A DNA stretch of 63,821 nt, the filler included, from Phoronis australis (taxonomy: Eukaryota; Animalia; Phoronida): the NCBI GenBank assembly GCA_002633005.1. It is 11 parts of 11 records of this genome, joined end to end, with 100 filler letters (N's around TTAATTAATTAA, not from the genome) between each part and the next. Parts side by side here need not be neighbours in the genome. Positions count along the whole stretch, not along the records: positions 1 to 3,907 come from NMRA01002779.1; positions 4,008 to 8,485 come from NMRA01002575.1; positions 8,586 to 14,797 come from NMRA01000204.1; 8 more parts are not named here. One strand, 5' to 3'. The translations under genes and the position numbers were made by a program. A model generated the notes under the pieces. It searched no databases and was not told the origin of the DNA. It saw nothing but the letters and a program-made list of their open reading frames with translations. Positions 1 to 12,059 of the stretch are shown piece after piece (position 1 is the first letter of the stretch; each line of letters opens with the position of its first letter).

Positions 1-290
1 TGGAGTCCATAGATTATTCAACCTATTTAAACTCTGCCCCTAGTCAAAGACGTCAATTGCCCACCCGCACAGAACAGTGGTGCCTCGCCAGTTTCACACA
101 TCAACATACACATCACACCTGGCTGCATGCTGTAATAGTAGTCAGTATTTTTGACAAAAATGAACCATAAAAAGATTTTTCACTCACAAATGGTCCACAT
201 AACACAATCCCAAGTACCCCAATCTGGAAAAACCCAATAGTTTCTAATCCTTGCAGTAACCATGTGTACAACATGTATGCATGTGCCTAC

Positions 291-480
291 CAACATTAAG
301 CGCCGTCTGACCACCCATAGACAGAATGACACCATCTGGCTTCTCTCGCTTCATCACATCCACAACAAAATCTGGTGTCACTGGCAGAAAGTAAACAGAG
401 TCAGCTTGCTTCTCACCAACCGCATTCGTCTGTACCGAGGCAATGTTTGGGTTCATTAATACAGTCTCGATGTTTTCCTC
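291..480 (-). CDS. CPS1: Carbamoyl-phosphate synthetase (CPS1/CPSIII-type), internal exon, synthetase domain; gene continues off the window
   Basis: [63 protein letters not shown]; tttcag acceptor and gtaggc donor. The ASVQTN/KQAD/MGGQ signatures fit CPS1 better than CAD. Confidence 0.93.
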
Positions 481-1674
481 CTGAAATACATATTAGAACG
501 TTTTTTACTATATAAGGAAAATCCAGCTGACATTGTGGCAAACGAATCCATAGTAATGAAAAAATTTGAAAAGGACAACAGAAGACAGATGAAGGAGGGC
601 AGATAACAAGAAAAACAGAAAAATGTACGGAGAAAGAAATAAAAGAACGGAACTAGGAGAAAGAGGGGGCAGGGGACACAGGAGATAGGAAAAATGAGGA
701 GAAAGTGGAGGTCAGAGGAAGGAGTGAGGGTCTAGCAAGAAGAGACTTAAGGATGGAAAGATAGTACAACAAATATACAATAAATAGAGAATCCTTAACT
801 CGTCTCTGAGGTTTATGACAAAGGCAAAACCTCTTGGAAATTTCATTAAAATCCCAAGGCTTCACATGAACTGTAAAAACAATCTTTTTGCCGAAACAAA
901 AATTGATGTGTCTAAAACTTTCTACGCCATGACGCAAAACACTTGCGCAATGTAAAGTAAATCCAGTTACGTTTTGTTAATAATTCTATTTCAAACTTAA
1001 GAATTGTAAATTTAGCTTTCGTAACAAACGTTCAAGTTAGAATCTAATAAATACTCTTTGAAGTTGTAACACTAAAACTTAACAAATATTAATAAATAAC
1101 AGTCAATAGGTCTTCCCAGCACCTGAGCCCTGAATTAACCTTGACACAACACAGCAAGTCAGTCTCACCACGTGGTTTCTTGAGTTGGGGTTTGTCTCCA
1201 TTTGAATAAACATGAATATAGAATTCGACGCCAAAGATGGGTCCATTTAAGAAGTTGTTTGCATGTCCTTCTGACTGGGAGTACAGTTCTGACACCCAAT
1301 ATGTCAATCATAACCATGTCACCTTCACGCAATTCCGTCATTGTTTGGTTGTTGTTATTAGTGTTTTCCAGACGATAAAGTGTAAGGCGTATGGATTTCT
1401 ACTTTGCACTACTTTCCATGTAATATCAAAAAATTATGTACTCGGTGTTATGAACCAGTCATGTCGCAACACATTCCAGTTCATGTGAGAAAACCAAACA
1501 GGTTATTCATGCCCAAAGTCAGAATCTGTGGATGTGTTGGTCAACCAATTAATACATGTAACGTGTTTTATATGACCTGAAAAGAAATCCATGTTTCTCC
1601 CTCTGACATAGAGTACCAACTCTCCTTGACTGCAATAGGTAGTAAGTCTTGAGTACTATTCCCTTTCAACACTA

Positions 1675-1821
<147 letters not shown>

Positions 1822-2174
1822 TCACAAGCTTTAGAGAATTCCATTCACAAAAAGAAACATTGAACCTAATAGGCTATAACAGCTCTAAAATTTATATAGG
1901 TATGGTGCAATTTCCTATAAAATCTAGTTCAGTATTTACAGTTATGACAATCCCATCTGTCCGAGTGACCACGACTACGGCACTGAGTAACCAAAGAACT
2001 TGCCTGAGTGACCAAGAAGTCACATCTAATCACTATACTTACAACAGCTCATTTTTAGGCAACAAGATCAACAATTCCGAAATTAAGAGTTTTTACCAAT
2101 ATAAAACAGTTCGTATTGTCATTTAACAAAATTAGTATTAATACTGTGCCATCAAAAAGGCATTTTTTCCTTAC

Positions 2175-2348
2175 CTGTGGACGTGGTGGTACAGCAGGTA
2201 TGGACGGCATTACCATGGAAACGTGAGGCTTCTTAGTCTTGATTAAATCCATGAAGTTATCAAACAGAAATTCTGTATCTGTTGGCCCACCCCAGGCTTC
2301 TGGGTGAAACTGGGCGGTGAATATGGGACGACTCTCATGGCATATACC
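2175..2348 (-). CDS. CPS1: CPS exon (end of glutamine amidotransferase-like domain plus linker)
   Basis: GICHESRPIFTAQFHPEAWGGPTDTEFLFDNFMDLIKTKKPHVSMVMPSIPAVPPRPQ; QFHPE motif; tatag acceptor, gtaagg donor. Confidence 0.93.
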
Positions 2349-2590
2349 CTATACAGAGGTGAAACTGGGCGGTGAATATGGGGCAATTATCATGGCATAT
2401 AACCTACAGAAGTGAAACTGGGCGGTGAATAGGGGGCGACTCTCATAGCATATACCCTATACAGAGGTGGAACTGGACAGTGAATAGGGGGCAATTATCA
2501 TGGCATATACCATACAGAGGTGAAACTAGACAGTGAATACTGGGCAATTATTATGGCATATACCCTACAGAGGTGAAAGTGGACAGTAAA
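2302..2590. repeat. Tandem array (~5.3 x 53-55 bp) of the CPS acceptor plus first ~45 nt of the exon
   Basis: Unit ggtgaaactgggcggtgaatatgggacgactctcatggcatataccctatacaga repeated, decaying into the intron. Confidence 0.92.
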
Positions 2591-3482
2591 CAAATGGTAC
2601 CATAACTTGGGAACAGATGGCTAAATTGTTATGATTTATATTAGCCTGTGAATTGTTGTTTTGCTTTTGTCATGAATAACTGACGATTTCAAAACTGTGC
2701 AGAAGTACAGACTTGTGCAAGTCTACGGAACTTGGTTGTTGTGATCATAATGTTTCCTCGGTCCCAATAGTTATATTCATCCAGTATATTCACCCTGGCA
2801 TAGATTAGTACAACAGTAAGAGACTAGGTGTGTAGAAATAATATCAACATATTTTCTAACACCAAACATCACTGGTAGCTTGTCTTCTCCAAAGGTGGAG
2901 AAAGTCATAGTCTCCACATTGATAGGGGCGAAGAGGGCCTAGGAAGACTTGCCATATGCCACTTTAACACATTTTGTTTCTGTCACATCTGGAGGTGAGG
3001 CACAGTGCGAAGAATATTGGAATTTTAGTGTCATATTTCTTAGACAATAAATGTAAGGAAAATTATTAATTTGCATCATATAGTAGTCGTCAAACTACAT
3101 TTTGTAAAATTATTAAAATTTACTACAAACTATTGAGTACTAGAGAATAGAAAATTTTCAATACAGCAATTATTTTTGTCCAAATTTGAAATACGGTAAA
3201 ATTTCACCAATTTAGGACACACTATGGTTCACAAGTTGAATTTAATATTTTATTTTTTTATTCATTTTTTCATGAATCATAAGTAGCACCAAATAAATAC
3301 TTCATCATTATCAAACTGTACACCATAGACAACATTCTGAGAATTCCTCGGCATTCACAACAATGTCAGATGGCTTTGAAAAAGAGATCACATTTGGCAA
3401 TTATTTTTGTCTAAAATTGGTGATATTATCGCTGATATCAAATTAACATTTAGTCATATTTAATTATTCCACATTTGCTTGC

Positions 3483-3624
3483 CTCGTTCGACTTATCGTT
3501 GGCATTCACAAACATTGGTTTCCATCCTGCAGGCAGACTGTCACTGTCAATAGCAAAGCCATGGTTCTGAGAGGTGATGAATGCCTGTCCATTTAACAGA
3601 TTCACTACAGGTTGGTTGTGTCCC
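3483..3624 (-). CDS. CPS1: CPS exon (glutamine amidotransferase-like domain), ends at a GC donor
   Basis: (R)[47 protein letters not shown]; ttatag acceptor; donor GAG|gcaagc joins in frame to GICH. Confidence 0.9.
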
Positions 3625-3907
3625 CTATAAAACATGAATCAGTAAACAATACATCTTACAGTAGGTGACAGGATGTCTTTCTCTTGAAAACTGTTGACAT
3701 TTCAAAGCAATATTTTTTTCTTATTTTTAAGTTACAGAACAGCATTTGTGCGATTCTTGGATGATTGCTCATAAGTTTCTACAAAACCATAACTTTTACA
3801 AAGCTAGACAAATTGACATTGTAAAAGTTGACAAATTTTCAATAAACTTAATCAACTTTTACAACACTCAGTACAAGACAAATGATAGGTACATGGTCCG
3901 ATGCCTT

Positions 3908-4007
3908 NNNNNNNNNNNNNNNNNNNNNNNNNNNNNNNNNNNNNNNNNNNNTTAATTAATTAANNNNNNNNNNNNNNNNNNNNNNNNNNNNNNNNNNNNN
4001 NNNNNNN
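3908..4007. other. Artificial contig spacer N44-TTAATTAATTAA-N44 (also at 8486, 14798, 17580, 21479, 28375, 34996, 56086, 59745, 62195)
   Basis: Identical 100-bp construct with a six-frame stop linker occurs 10 times. Confidence 0.97.
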
Positions 4008-4060
4008 AGAATCTATCTCAGTTGCATCCAACCACTTGACAACAGTCATACATCACTCAC

Positions 4061-4185
4061 CAAATATTTTGAGTCTGTGGTTATAGCCATACTGAGCACG
4101 TGCGCTGTATGACCCACGTGCTTCTTCTCGGTGCCCTTACGACCTCCGTGAACTGTATGTATCTTCTTACCAGACGCAAGGTCCC
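4061..4185 (-). CDS. RRP9: RRP9 / U3 snoRNA-interacting protein 2 (U3-55K), WD40 exon; 3' exons lost at spacer
   Basis: WDLASGKKIHTVHGGRKGTEKKHVGHTAHVLSMAITTDSKYL; ccag acceptor, gtgagt donor; phase matches previous exon. Confidence 0.9.
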
Positions 4186-4564
4186 CTGGAGGCCAGAAAT
4201 AAAAGCATAATTATTCAGTGACCACTATGTGCCTAGAGCTGAAGGACTGTTTGTGTTTCATAATTTCATTTTCTATTTACTAAGTATTTCTTTATGAAAA
4301 TGAGCATGACAACCTTTGCTTTTATATGTTAGCTTTTTCAACCATTCTCCATTGGGAGACACAGTAGACATTTAATAATGTTTTACTTACATAACTACAG
4401 GAGTTACTGGTGACAAAGTAAAAAAAAACTGTAGCATCACCCCACTAGGATTTTTTTAAATTAATATTCATAATTTTTTATCACAAAAAGTTCTGAAATA
4501 TGTTAAACCATTACTCCAGTTTAAGGACTCAGTAATGGACGTTTCAGTTAACATAACCACTCAC

Positions 4565-4691
4565 ATTTTATAACAGAACAATCTTTGGAGGCACTAAAGA
4601 TATATTTGTTATCTGATGTTATGACAACACAGGTAACAGGTAACTTGTGTCCCTTGAACAATCTAATGTCTTCTGCAATTGGCGTGCGATA
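4565..4691 (-). CDS. RRP9: RRP9 exon (first WD40 repeat)
   Basis: YRTPIAEDIRLFKGHKLPVTCVVITSDNKYIFSASKDCSVIK; tttcag / gtgagt. Confidence 0.9.
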
Positions 4692-4699
4692 CTGAAAAC

Positions 4700-4787
4700 A
4701 ACAAGTACAACAGGTGAGAACAACAGGTGAGAACAACAGATGAGAACAACAGGTAAGAACAACAGGTAATAACAACAGGTTAGAACT
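4700..4787. repeat. 13-bp tandem repeat (acaacaggtgaga, ~6 copies) next to the RRP9 acceptor
   Basis: Minus strand reads (tctcacctgttgt)n followed by acttgttgttttcag. Confidence 0.85.
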
Positions 4788-5110
4788 GGCAAAAAACACA
4801 TTCTACTTGGTTTCATTGGCTCATAGTCAGGTTGTTCAATAAACAGTTTAATGAAAACTGTCAGTTTTTAACAAACCAAAATCTCACTGAAGTTTTTGCC
4901 GCAAATTTCAAGTAGACAGACAACGAATCACAAACTGAATATTTAATTCACACAATACATTACTACTAAAACCTAGATGTTGCCATTGTGCGATGATACC
5001 TCACACATTAAGATGTTCTCTAACATTTAACAATGGTGATTTGCATAGTTCTCAAAATCGCCAAAACAGATGAAAGCAGGTTGTTATTAGTACTCCAGAT
5101 AAAATCTCAC

Positions 5111-5214
5111 CAAATCAGCCACTTGTTTTTGTAATCTGCCTGCTTGTTCCAGCACATCCTGCCGTAGACGGTCGGCTATTGTGTCTCCTATCACGTCATC
5201 GTCACCATCACCCT
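5111..5214 (-). CDS. RRP9: RRP9 exon
   Basis: EGDGDDDVIGDTIADRLRQDVLEQAGRLQKQVADL (RL..DVLEQ.GRLQK motif); acag / gtgaga. Confidence 0.9.
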
Positions 5215-5429
5215 CTGTCAAATTTAACAATAGATAAGGCAGAGATCAAGGTGAACAGAGCTTTGTTACCCAGCAATATCCCTGATCTGGCCGATGATAA
5301 TTTAACAAATTTTAATTTATTTAAATAAATTATCAAATAAATATATCATCACCATGTTGATTTCTTGGTAACATCATATCCTTCCATAGAGAGTTTATGG
5401 GACGGATACAGTTGCTGAAGTTCAGTCTT

Positions 5430-5919
5430 CAGGGCTTGGAATGACCAATGACAAAAAAACGCGGAAACTTTTACGGCCCAAAACATGCGCGCTACCCAGC
5501 CTTGAAATAGTCGATGTGAACCTTTCGCCGACAAAAATCGGTAGGAGTAAAAATAAACGTCTGCGTCTTTTTATCTCGTCCATCCACTCCTCCACTCCCA
5601 CCCCCACACATTTTTGGCTGCACAGCAGCAGTATTTGTCACCACGGTTTACAATCACACGAGACGCCATAGAAAATCCCAACATGCTATCCCAGATGCCC
5701 CGACAATGTTGACAATTTACATTCCTCCGAAACATAATTTAAAGAGAAACTTCCGCTTTTCGAGGTGAACGTCGTCGGCAACACCGCGGTAAGAAAGGAA
5801 TTTGCCGCGGAAATTTTATATCAAATCCGATTTTTTTACGCGGAAATATAATAAAATGCGCGGACAGAACATTTGAAAAAAGCGGAAATCCGTGTTTCCG
5901 CGGAAAATTCCAAGCCCTG
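5430..5919. mobile_element. Non-autonomous hAT-like DNA transposon (MITE) in RRP9 intron
   Basis: TIRs CAGGGCTTGGAAT ... ATTCCAAGCCCTG; repeated GCGGAA subterminal motifs; flanks agtctt / tgtctt (possible 6-bp TSD, 1 mismatch). Confidence 0.75.
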
Positions 5920-6329
5920 TGTCTTGTATGCAAAAATGCCACGCTGTTTGTTGATACGTTTAGTAAAAATACATTCTCTGATTATCTTGGACAGACATTT
6001 TCTGTGTTCAATACTGCTCACTTGAGGAATATTTTCCATCCATGGAACACTCTAGTTTGATGTGGACAGTACAGCAAAAGGCGGCCATCTTAGTTCAAAC
6101 ACAATGAACAGAATGTGTACAGGTCGTTCATGTTTGTTCAATAGAATTGAACAAATAACCAAGATGTAAATCTTCTGCTGGGCCGTCTGTGTCACATTTC
6201 ATTACTCCATGAACATAACTGACCAAGAGAACTGTAATTAACACAGAAAAATGTCTGACCACTGTGACTTAGAATCTGCATTTTTACCCAAGGTAACTTC
6301 AAAATTGATCGATTTCCCCTATAACACAC

Positions 6330-6442
6330 CTTCCTCCTTGAGCTGCGCAAGATATTGCTTCGCTAGCCGTAGTCTCTTCTCTTGCGCTGTTTCCTCATCA
6401 GATTCTGAATTTAACTCTTCGTCATCCTGGACTTCAGCATCG
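6330..6442 (-). CDS. RRP9: RRP9 exon (acidic N-terminal region)
   Basis: DAEVQDDEELNSESDEETAQEKRLRLAKQYLAQLKEE; ETAQEK.LRLAK.YL is the RRP9 hallmark. Confidence 0.93.
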
Positions 6443-6874
6443 CTACAAGAATGCAGAGATCACACTGTACTGACACTAACAAATATTTCACAAGGCATGA
6501 CACTGATATGTAGTGGACAATCTTCAGGCATTTTCAATGTATTTGAATCCTGATGATTCATGAAGATTTGCTCTGACAATACAAAATCCAGAGTAATAGG
6601 CGAAGAAGTTGAGGTCTTTAATTTCCAATTTTATATCTTCAAACCCCCAGTGTAGAGGCGCATTATCAGAGAAAGGACAACAATCAATTTACAGCCACAT
6701 ACAGAACTATATTTCAATATTTGTTTTGCCTGAATACATTTGAAATAAAATGTTTGCAAAGCAAACTAGGAATTTAAGTCCATAAGTTGGCAATCTTAGT
6801 TAAAAACAAGTATGAAATATAAGTTCCCACTGACTCAACACATTTTTACTGCAAAGGAAAGACAGAAAGCAAAC

Positions 6875-6969
6875 CTATCAATTTCGGATTCGCTGGAAAT
6901 AACTTCATCAAGTTTCTGAGATCTTGGACGCTTCTTCTCTGCTCCAGGATTTTTCTTATTTCCTGCAAC
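6875..6969 (-). CDS. RRP9: RRP9 N-terminal exon (start-codon exon not found)
   Basis: VAGNKKNPGAEKKRPRSQKLDEVISSESEID; phase-compatible with the next exon; acceptor position slightly uncertain. Confidence 0.75.
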
Positions 6970-8699
6970 CTTCAAACAAAAAGCGGACTTGTATTAAATT
7001 CACATAGCACTTGCAACCGAATACAAAACATTCTTTGTCTTTTAACCCTCTGGGCATCATAATATCTTTTCCAAGACACAGTTGCAATGAATGCATCTCT
7101 TTTAACCAGGGATTTATCCAGGATTTCAAAATAGGGTGTCCAAAATGGGCTTCCTAATACACCAGGGCGTCTATGATTCCAACAACTTGTTACCCCCACC
7201 ACCATTCACCATTAACCTCCCCCACACCGTGTTTTTCACAAAAAATGCATGGAACAAGGCTTTTACTTCTAAGTTTACCGAAACAGCTCTCTTGTAGTGA
7301 GCTTTTTTACTAAAAAAACCTACAGTGTGGATCAAGACTTTTATGTCTAAATGTACGAAAACAGCCAAATAGCTTACCAAACAGGTATTACAGGTATTAC
7401 AGATATTATAGATATTACAGAATGAAAAGTGCAGTGTTTTTGGTGATCGCAAGTCAAACTGCTGTTAATGTTATAAAGTTTATCATATATTATTAAAATA
7501 GTGACATTATTTTCACTTTTTGATGTTTTTAAAAAAAGATGAAAAGCGTGAAACTACAGCTCTGAAATACCAATTTGGAGTTAACCAAAGTCGGTGTCCC
7601 TATATATCGTACTGAATCACAGTTTGTAACAAGACCACTGAAAGCAGAGACTGCACTGGTATACACTCTGGCAACCAAACACCTGCTAATGAGTGACAGG
7701 TCTTCAACACATTTTGAAAATAGTTTAAACATTGTAACAGTTGTATATTTCTTTCTGATTTGAAAGGGATAAGTAGTCTGTTGGAACCACTAACTGGGAG
7801 TCCTAGTAATCTTACAATGTAGGTGTCCAACCTGGAGAAATTCTGATTGACAGTGGGCAATGTTTACGTCAACTTGCTTCCTGTTTTCTCTCTTGCACAG
7901 ATATTCATAACTCAATTTACTCAGTTTTACTGAACTGGTCAATTAAACACAGACGTGCCTTCAAGTCAAACAAAACTTGGGACACTGACTTTTTCAAAAA
8001 CTTAAAAGACACGCAACAATTGAAAAGGCAGCCAGGTTGTTAGACTGATTCAACTCAGTGCCAGTTAACCACAAAATCTGGTTGAAATTGTGCGCAACAA
8101 TGGACTGAGTTACATGCAATTTGAAGGACTGCTCCATGAAAAAGTTTGATTATGACAGCATTTGTTCGACTTGGAAGGAATTAAAGACACAGACGGCCTC
8201 AAAAGGTGTCGCTCTATGCACAAAAGGTACTTATAACAACCTGACTAGGATGTTTTAATCAGTGTGAGGCGTAATTCGCTGAAAAGCTTCTAAGATATGG
8301 ACCTCCCACTGAAGTTTTGCCGTCTTTACTGGCCAGCTAGAGACGGTGGTCACTGTCTACAGATGTGTGCAGCAGGTGATATGACCTCATATCGCTTGGC
8401 GCGCACAGTGTAAAATTGGGCAATTACCGATTTTGGGAACTGAACGAGGAACTGCTCAAAGAAAAAGTTTCATAACGAGTTGCAANNNNNNNNNNNNNNN
8501 NNNNNNNNNNNNNNNNNNNNNNNNNNNNNTTAATTAATTAANNNNNNNNNNNNNNNNNNNNNNNNNNNNNNNNNNNNNNNNNNNNGAGATTCGTCCAAGA
8601 ATGAATTTTTTCTATTGGAATTAATTTTCAGTGTCCGAAAATCACGCGACTTTACCGTACTAGACCATAAGCTTACATTTACTCCTCAATGTCGTGAAC

Positions 8700-9250
8700 T
8701 CATTCAATAAGTACAAAAATTAATTAATCCAATAAGAATTGTTATCTCAACTCCATGCATCTTGAAACTCTGTTCAAGTCTTTTGTTCTTCCACATCTAG
8801 GTTACAATGACATCATCTCCCAGATATTAACTTGCATTGATGACTGGAATTCCTTACCAACCAAAATAAAATAAAACACTTCAACTATTACTCTCAAAAT
8901 AACGTTAAACTGCATACCACAACTCTAGACTTGCCAGCCCTTTCCACGCAACCAAGAAATCATCCTACGGTTACAGATCAAGATGCAGATTATTCCTCAA
9001 GAATGACAAATTTAGACATAATTTTAATAACACTTCACCTTTGTGTAGCTGTGGAGACGCTTAGGCGTGTGCTCATATTCTCTTTGCCTGTACAGTATGC
9101 AGGAACCAGGGGGCACAGCTTTTCCAGACACTCGAACAATACCCCAATGTTTACAAAAAATATTCAGATCTTCCACAAATGTTTAACAAATTTGTTTTCT
9201 AAATTTTATGAAGAACTTGACTTAAGCGATACCGAAACTATTTTGCAGTG
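8700..9250 (+). mobile_element. Decayed LINE 3' remnant
   Basis: Fragments resembling LINE ORF2 C-terminus (FKSFVLPHL, DWNSLP, SPLCSCG...H Zn-knuckle-like) with frameshifts. Confidence 0.5.
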
Positions 9251-10559
9251 AAACAACATGTGTAGATGGGATAAAAGGTCACGTGACAAACTAAACTATT
9301 ACAGATATGGATAAACACAAGTTATATAATGTGTTGAGCTGTAAAGGTGGATGCCTCTGCTGGACAAACAGCAGTATGGGATGTACAATGAAGCATTGTT
9401 GAAGGTATACACAAGTGGTGAACTAGAAAGTTAAATAACAATAAGGGGAAGAAACACCAGGACAGTGACATGGAGAAATCAATTGTAAACAGAGAATGGA
9501 AGAAAATTGGTTTGAGGGAGTGAGGGAAATAGAAATTGACCAAAAACTCTAAACTTGAAGAGAATTATGGGCAATGGCCCAGTGTTGCCACAAGACAAAG
9601 AGATCACGGGTACAATTAAACCAATAATCGTAGAACAAAGAGGGTCACTGACCCGAGAATCCGAACAATATGATAATGAGGACAGTTTTATTAAAAAGTT
9701 TCAAAATTTTTTAGTATTAAATCTCTTTGAGTGAGTTGATAACACTGTACACATGTGCTTATTTTCGAATCTTCATCACGTTGACTGTAAAATCAGTTAT
9801 TGTGTATGAAAATGATCTATTTATATTCGTAATCATATTTATATTTAATACATATCATCATAATCTTAACATTAGTTTATCAATTTACATATGTGTGTAT
9901 AATTGAAAAAAGATTTCTTTGCATTGTGTTGTTTATGTCAGATACAATGCCTCCTGGCACTTTCTGGGTCTGCTTTTTTGTATTGACTATTTCAAACATC
10001 CAAAAAATACTATATTTTACAAAAACATGTTACCTTTTGCAAATTAATTCGGCATAGAAACAAAACTAAATGAGTAATCATGAAGTTTTAACAGCGTTTT
10101 TGAGGTCAATTGTGAAGTTTTCAAAGGGTTTTATACATCGACCAAGTGGTTAATCTGCTATCAAGAATGTACCCTTCTTAAAAATGAAATTTTGACTTGG
10201 TGGTAATGTAATAGTAATAATGGCACATCAATATAAAACAATTTTATCAGAGATGATCTTTTTTCTTCCATAAAATAATTATGTACTTTCACAAGTTGAC
10301 ATAGCCTGTTTTTGGTATATGAATTAGAATGGAGGTTTGAAATAACCATAAAAATGAAATTGACGAGACTGGTAGAAATACACTAACCTAATATCCTGAT
10401 CTCCCAGCGGAACATCTTCATTTTCCAATGCCATTTTGACCCTGAAACAAATTAGAAATATCTTAAAACAAATACCATCTTATCTTTACAAAGCTGAAAT
10501 GAAGCCCTTGCCGGTACAGGAACTGAACTAAAAAAAAACAACAAAACATAACCGTGTAC

Positions 10560-10832
10560 AACTGAGCATATGTCAGTGACAATGGAGACTGAGACTAAGC
10601 ACAAGCCAATGAGAGTGGAGACTGATGATGGGCATAGGCCAATGAGTGTGAAGACCGATGCTGACGCAGGCCAGTGAGAGTGCACACTTACACTGAGCAC
10701 AGGCCAGCAAGATTGGAAACCAAGGCTGAGCATAGGCCAGCGGGGGTGGTGATTAAGGCTGAGGTTAGGCCAGTCAACGTGGAGACTGAGGCTGAGCATA
10801 GGCTATTGAGAGTGGAGACCGAGGCTGAGCAG
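10560..10832 (+). repeat. Degenerate 33-bp tandem repeat (~8 units) with 11-aa periodicity (EHRPMRVETEA)
   Basis: Units such as gagcataggccaatgagagtggagactgaggct. Confidence 0.75.
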
Positions 10833-10950
10833 TCTAGCACTAACACAGGCAACATGTACCCCACTCGGCTAGCTGGCTACAACAGGGGGTACAACACTCC
10901 TCATCCCGCGTATTTTAAACAGGCCGTGGGCCAAATCTGCTCACCGAATA

Positions 10951-11271
10951 CAGTGGCGGATCTAGGATACCATAAGGAGGGGCCCGAACATCCTCCAGGA
11001 ATTGGGCAAAGCACGATTGTATGTGCATAGGCGGCCCGAAAGTTGCCTGGGCCGAGAAAGTAGACCTTCTGTGCAGAAAATCTATCGGTACACTAAAAAA
11101 GAAAAAAAACAGAACGCGTTTCTGCGCCTGAGCTCCCCACCCCTTCGTCTGCTGCCGGTCCTAGCTCCTGAACTCAACATTTCCTCACGCTTCACGCTGT
11201 TGCTGTTTCATTTTGCTTGCGGCAGCTAAGGGGGGAGTTTGGGCCCCTGGGCCCCCCTTAATCCGCCTATG
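10951..11271. mobile_element. MITE with CAGTGGCGGAT...ATCCGCCTATG ends
   Basis: Terminal inverted repeats shared with the 23468 and 45690 elements. Confidence 0.65.
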
Positions 11272-12059
11272 GAAAAAGAAGTTTTCACCAAGTCAAAAAT
11301 ACATGTTGCACTTAAAAAAGCACTTACTTTCTTCAGCAATTCCTTCTGGTTCTATTCTCGATGAAGCATATCTATGAGAATTAAGATGACATTTTTGGTC
11401 GCCATTAATTTTTTCAGTGCACACGATAACCACAAAATATTTCAAATGATGTCACAAGAGTTAAGCCATTACAAGTGCAAGACAGATTTACAATGTAATG
11501 TTACTTATTGATAATAAATGTTTGAAAAAAGTCAAGAAAACGAGACTGAGCAGAGTACGTAACCTGATGGCTGATACTTGTAAAAAGTATTATCTGAAGA
11601 TATCTGGAAGAATTCGTGTTCCTTTGACTTTTTATTCGTGAACTGGTGGTGTGAATTCCCTATTCACATAACATACTCAAAATGGCACCTGTGATTGATG
11701 GAACCTTGAGTAAACGTCGACAGATTTTTATGGACATGTTTGAATTATGTTGAGTAAATTGTCTCCAGAGTCATGGTATGTTTTAATTGTAACTCAATGC
11801 ATACATGTTTCACTCAATATCAATAACTTTTTATGGGGGTTTACCATCGCCGCAGGTGTACACAGGCCATGTAATTGCCTAACACCTAAGACAGTACCAA
11901 CATCTCAACTGACCGCATTAGAGACAGTGGTACTTAAAGCAAAATGACTTTTGTGGTTTAATCAGTGAGATACATAATTCGCTAAAAAGCTTTCGGCGTA
12001 TGGAGGGCCTATGAAATGGCCATTGTCTATGCCACCAGTTGAGACAGTGGCACTGTCTA

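Noticed and set aside
2302-2590. CRISPR-like periodicity
   Set aside because: Units are degenerate copies of an intron/exon junction; no spacers.
3952-3963. Recurrent TTAATTAATTAA motif as a biological element
   Set aside because: Always centred in 88 Ns; it is an artificial six-frame stop linker.
11326-11406. Possible RRP9 first exon (gtaagt donor on the minus strand)
   Set aside because: Lies on a different contig; the ATG-initiated frames hit stops before the donor; no RRP9 similarity.
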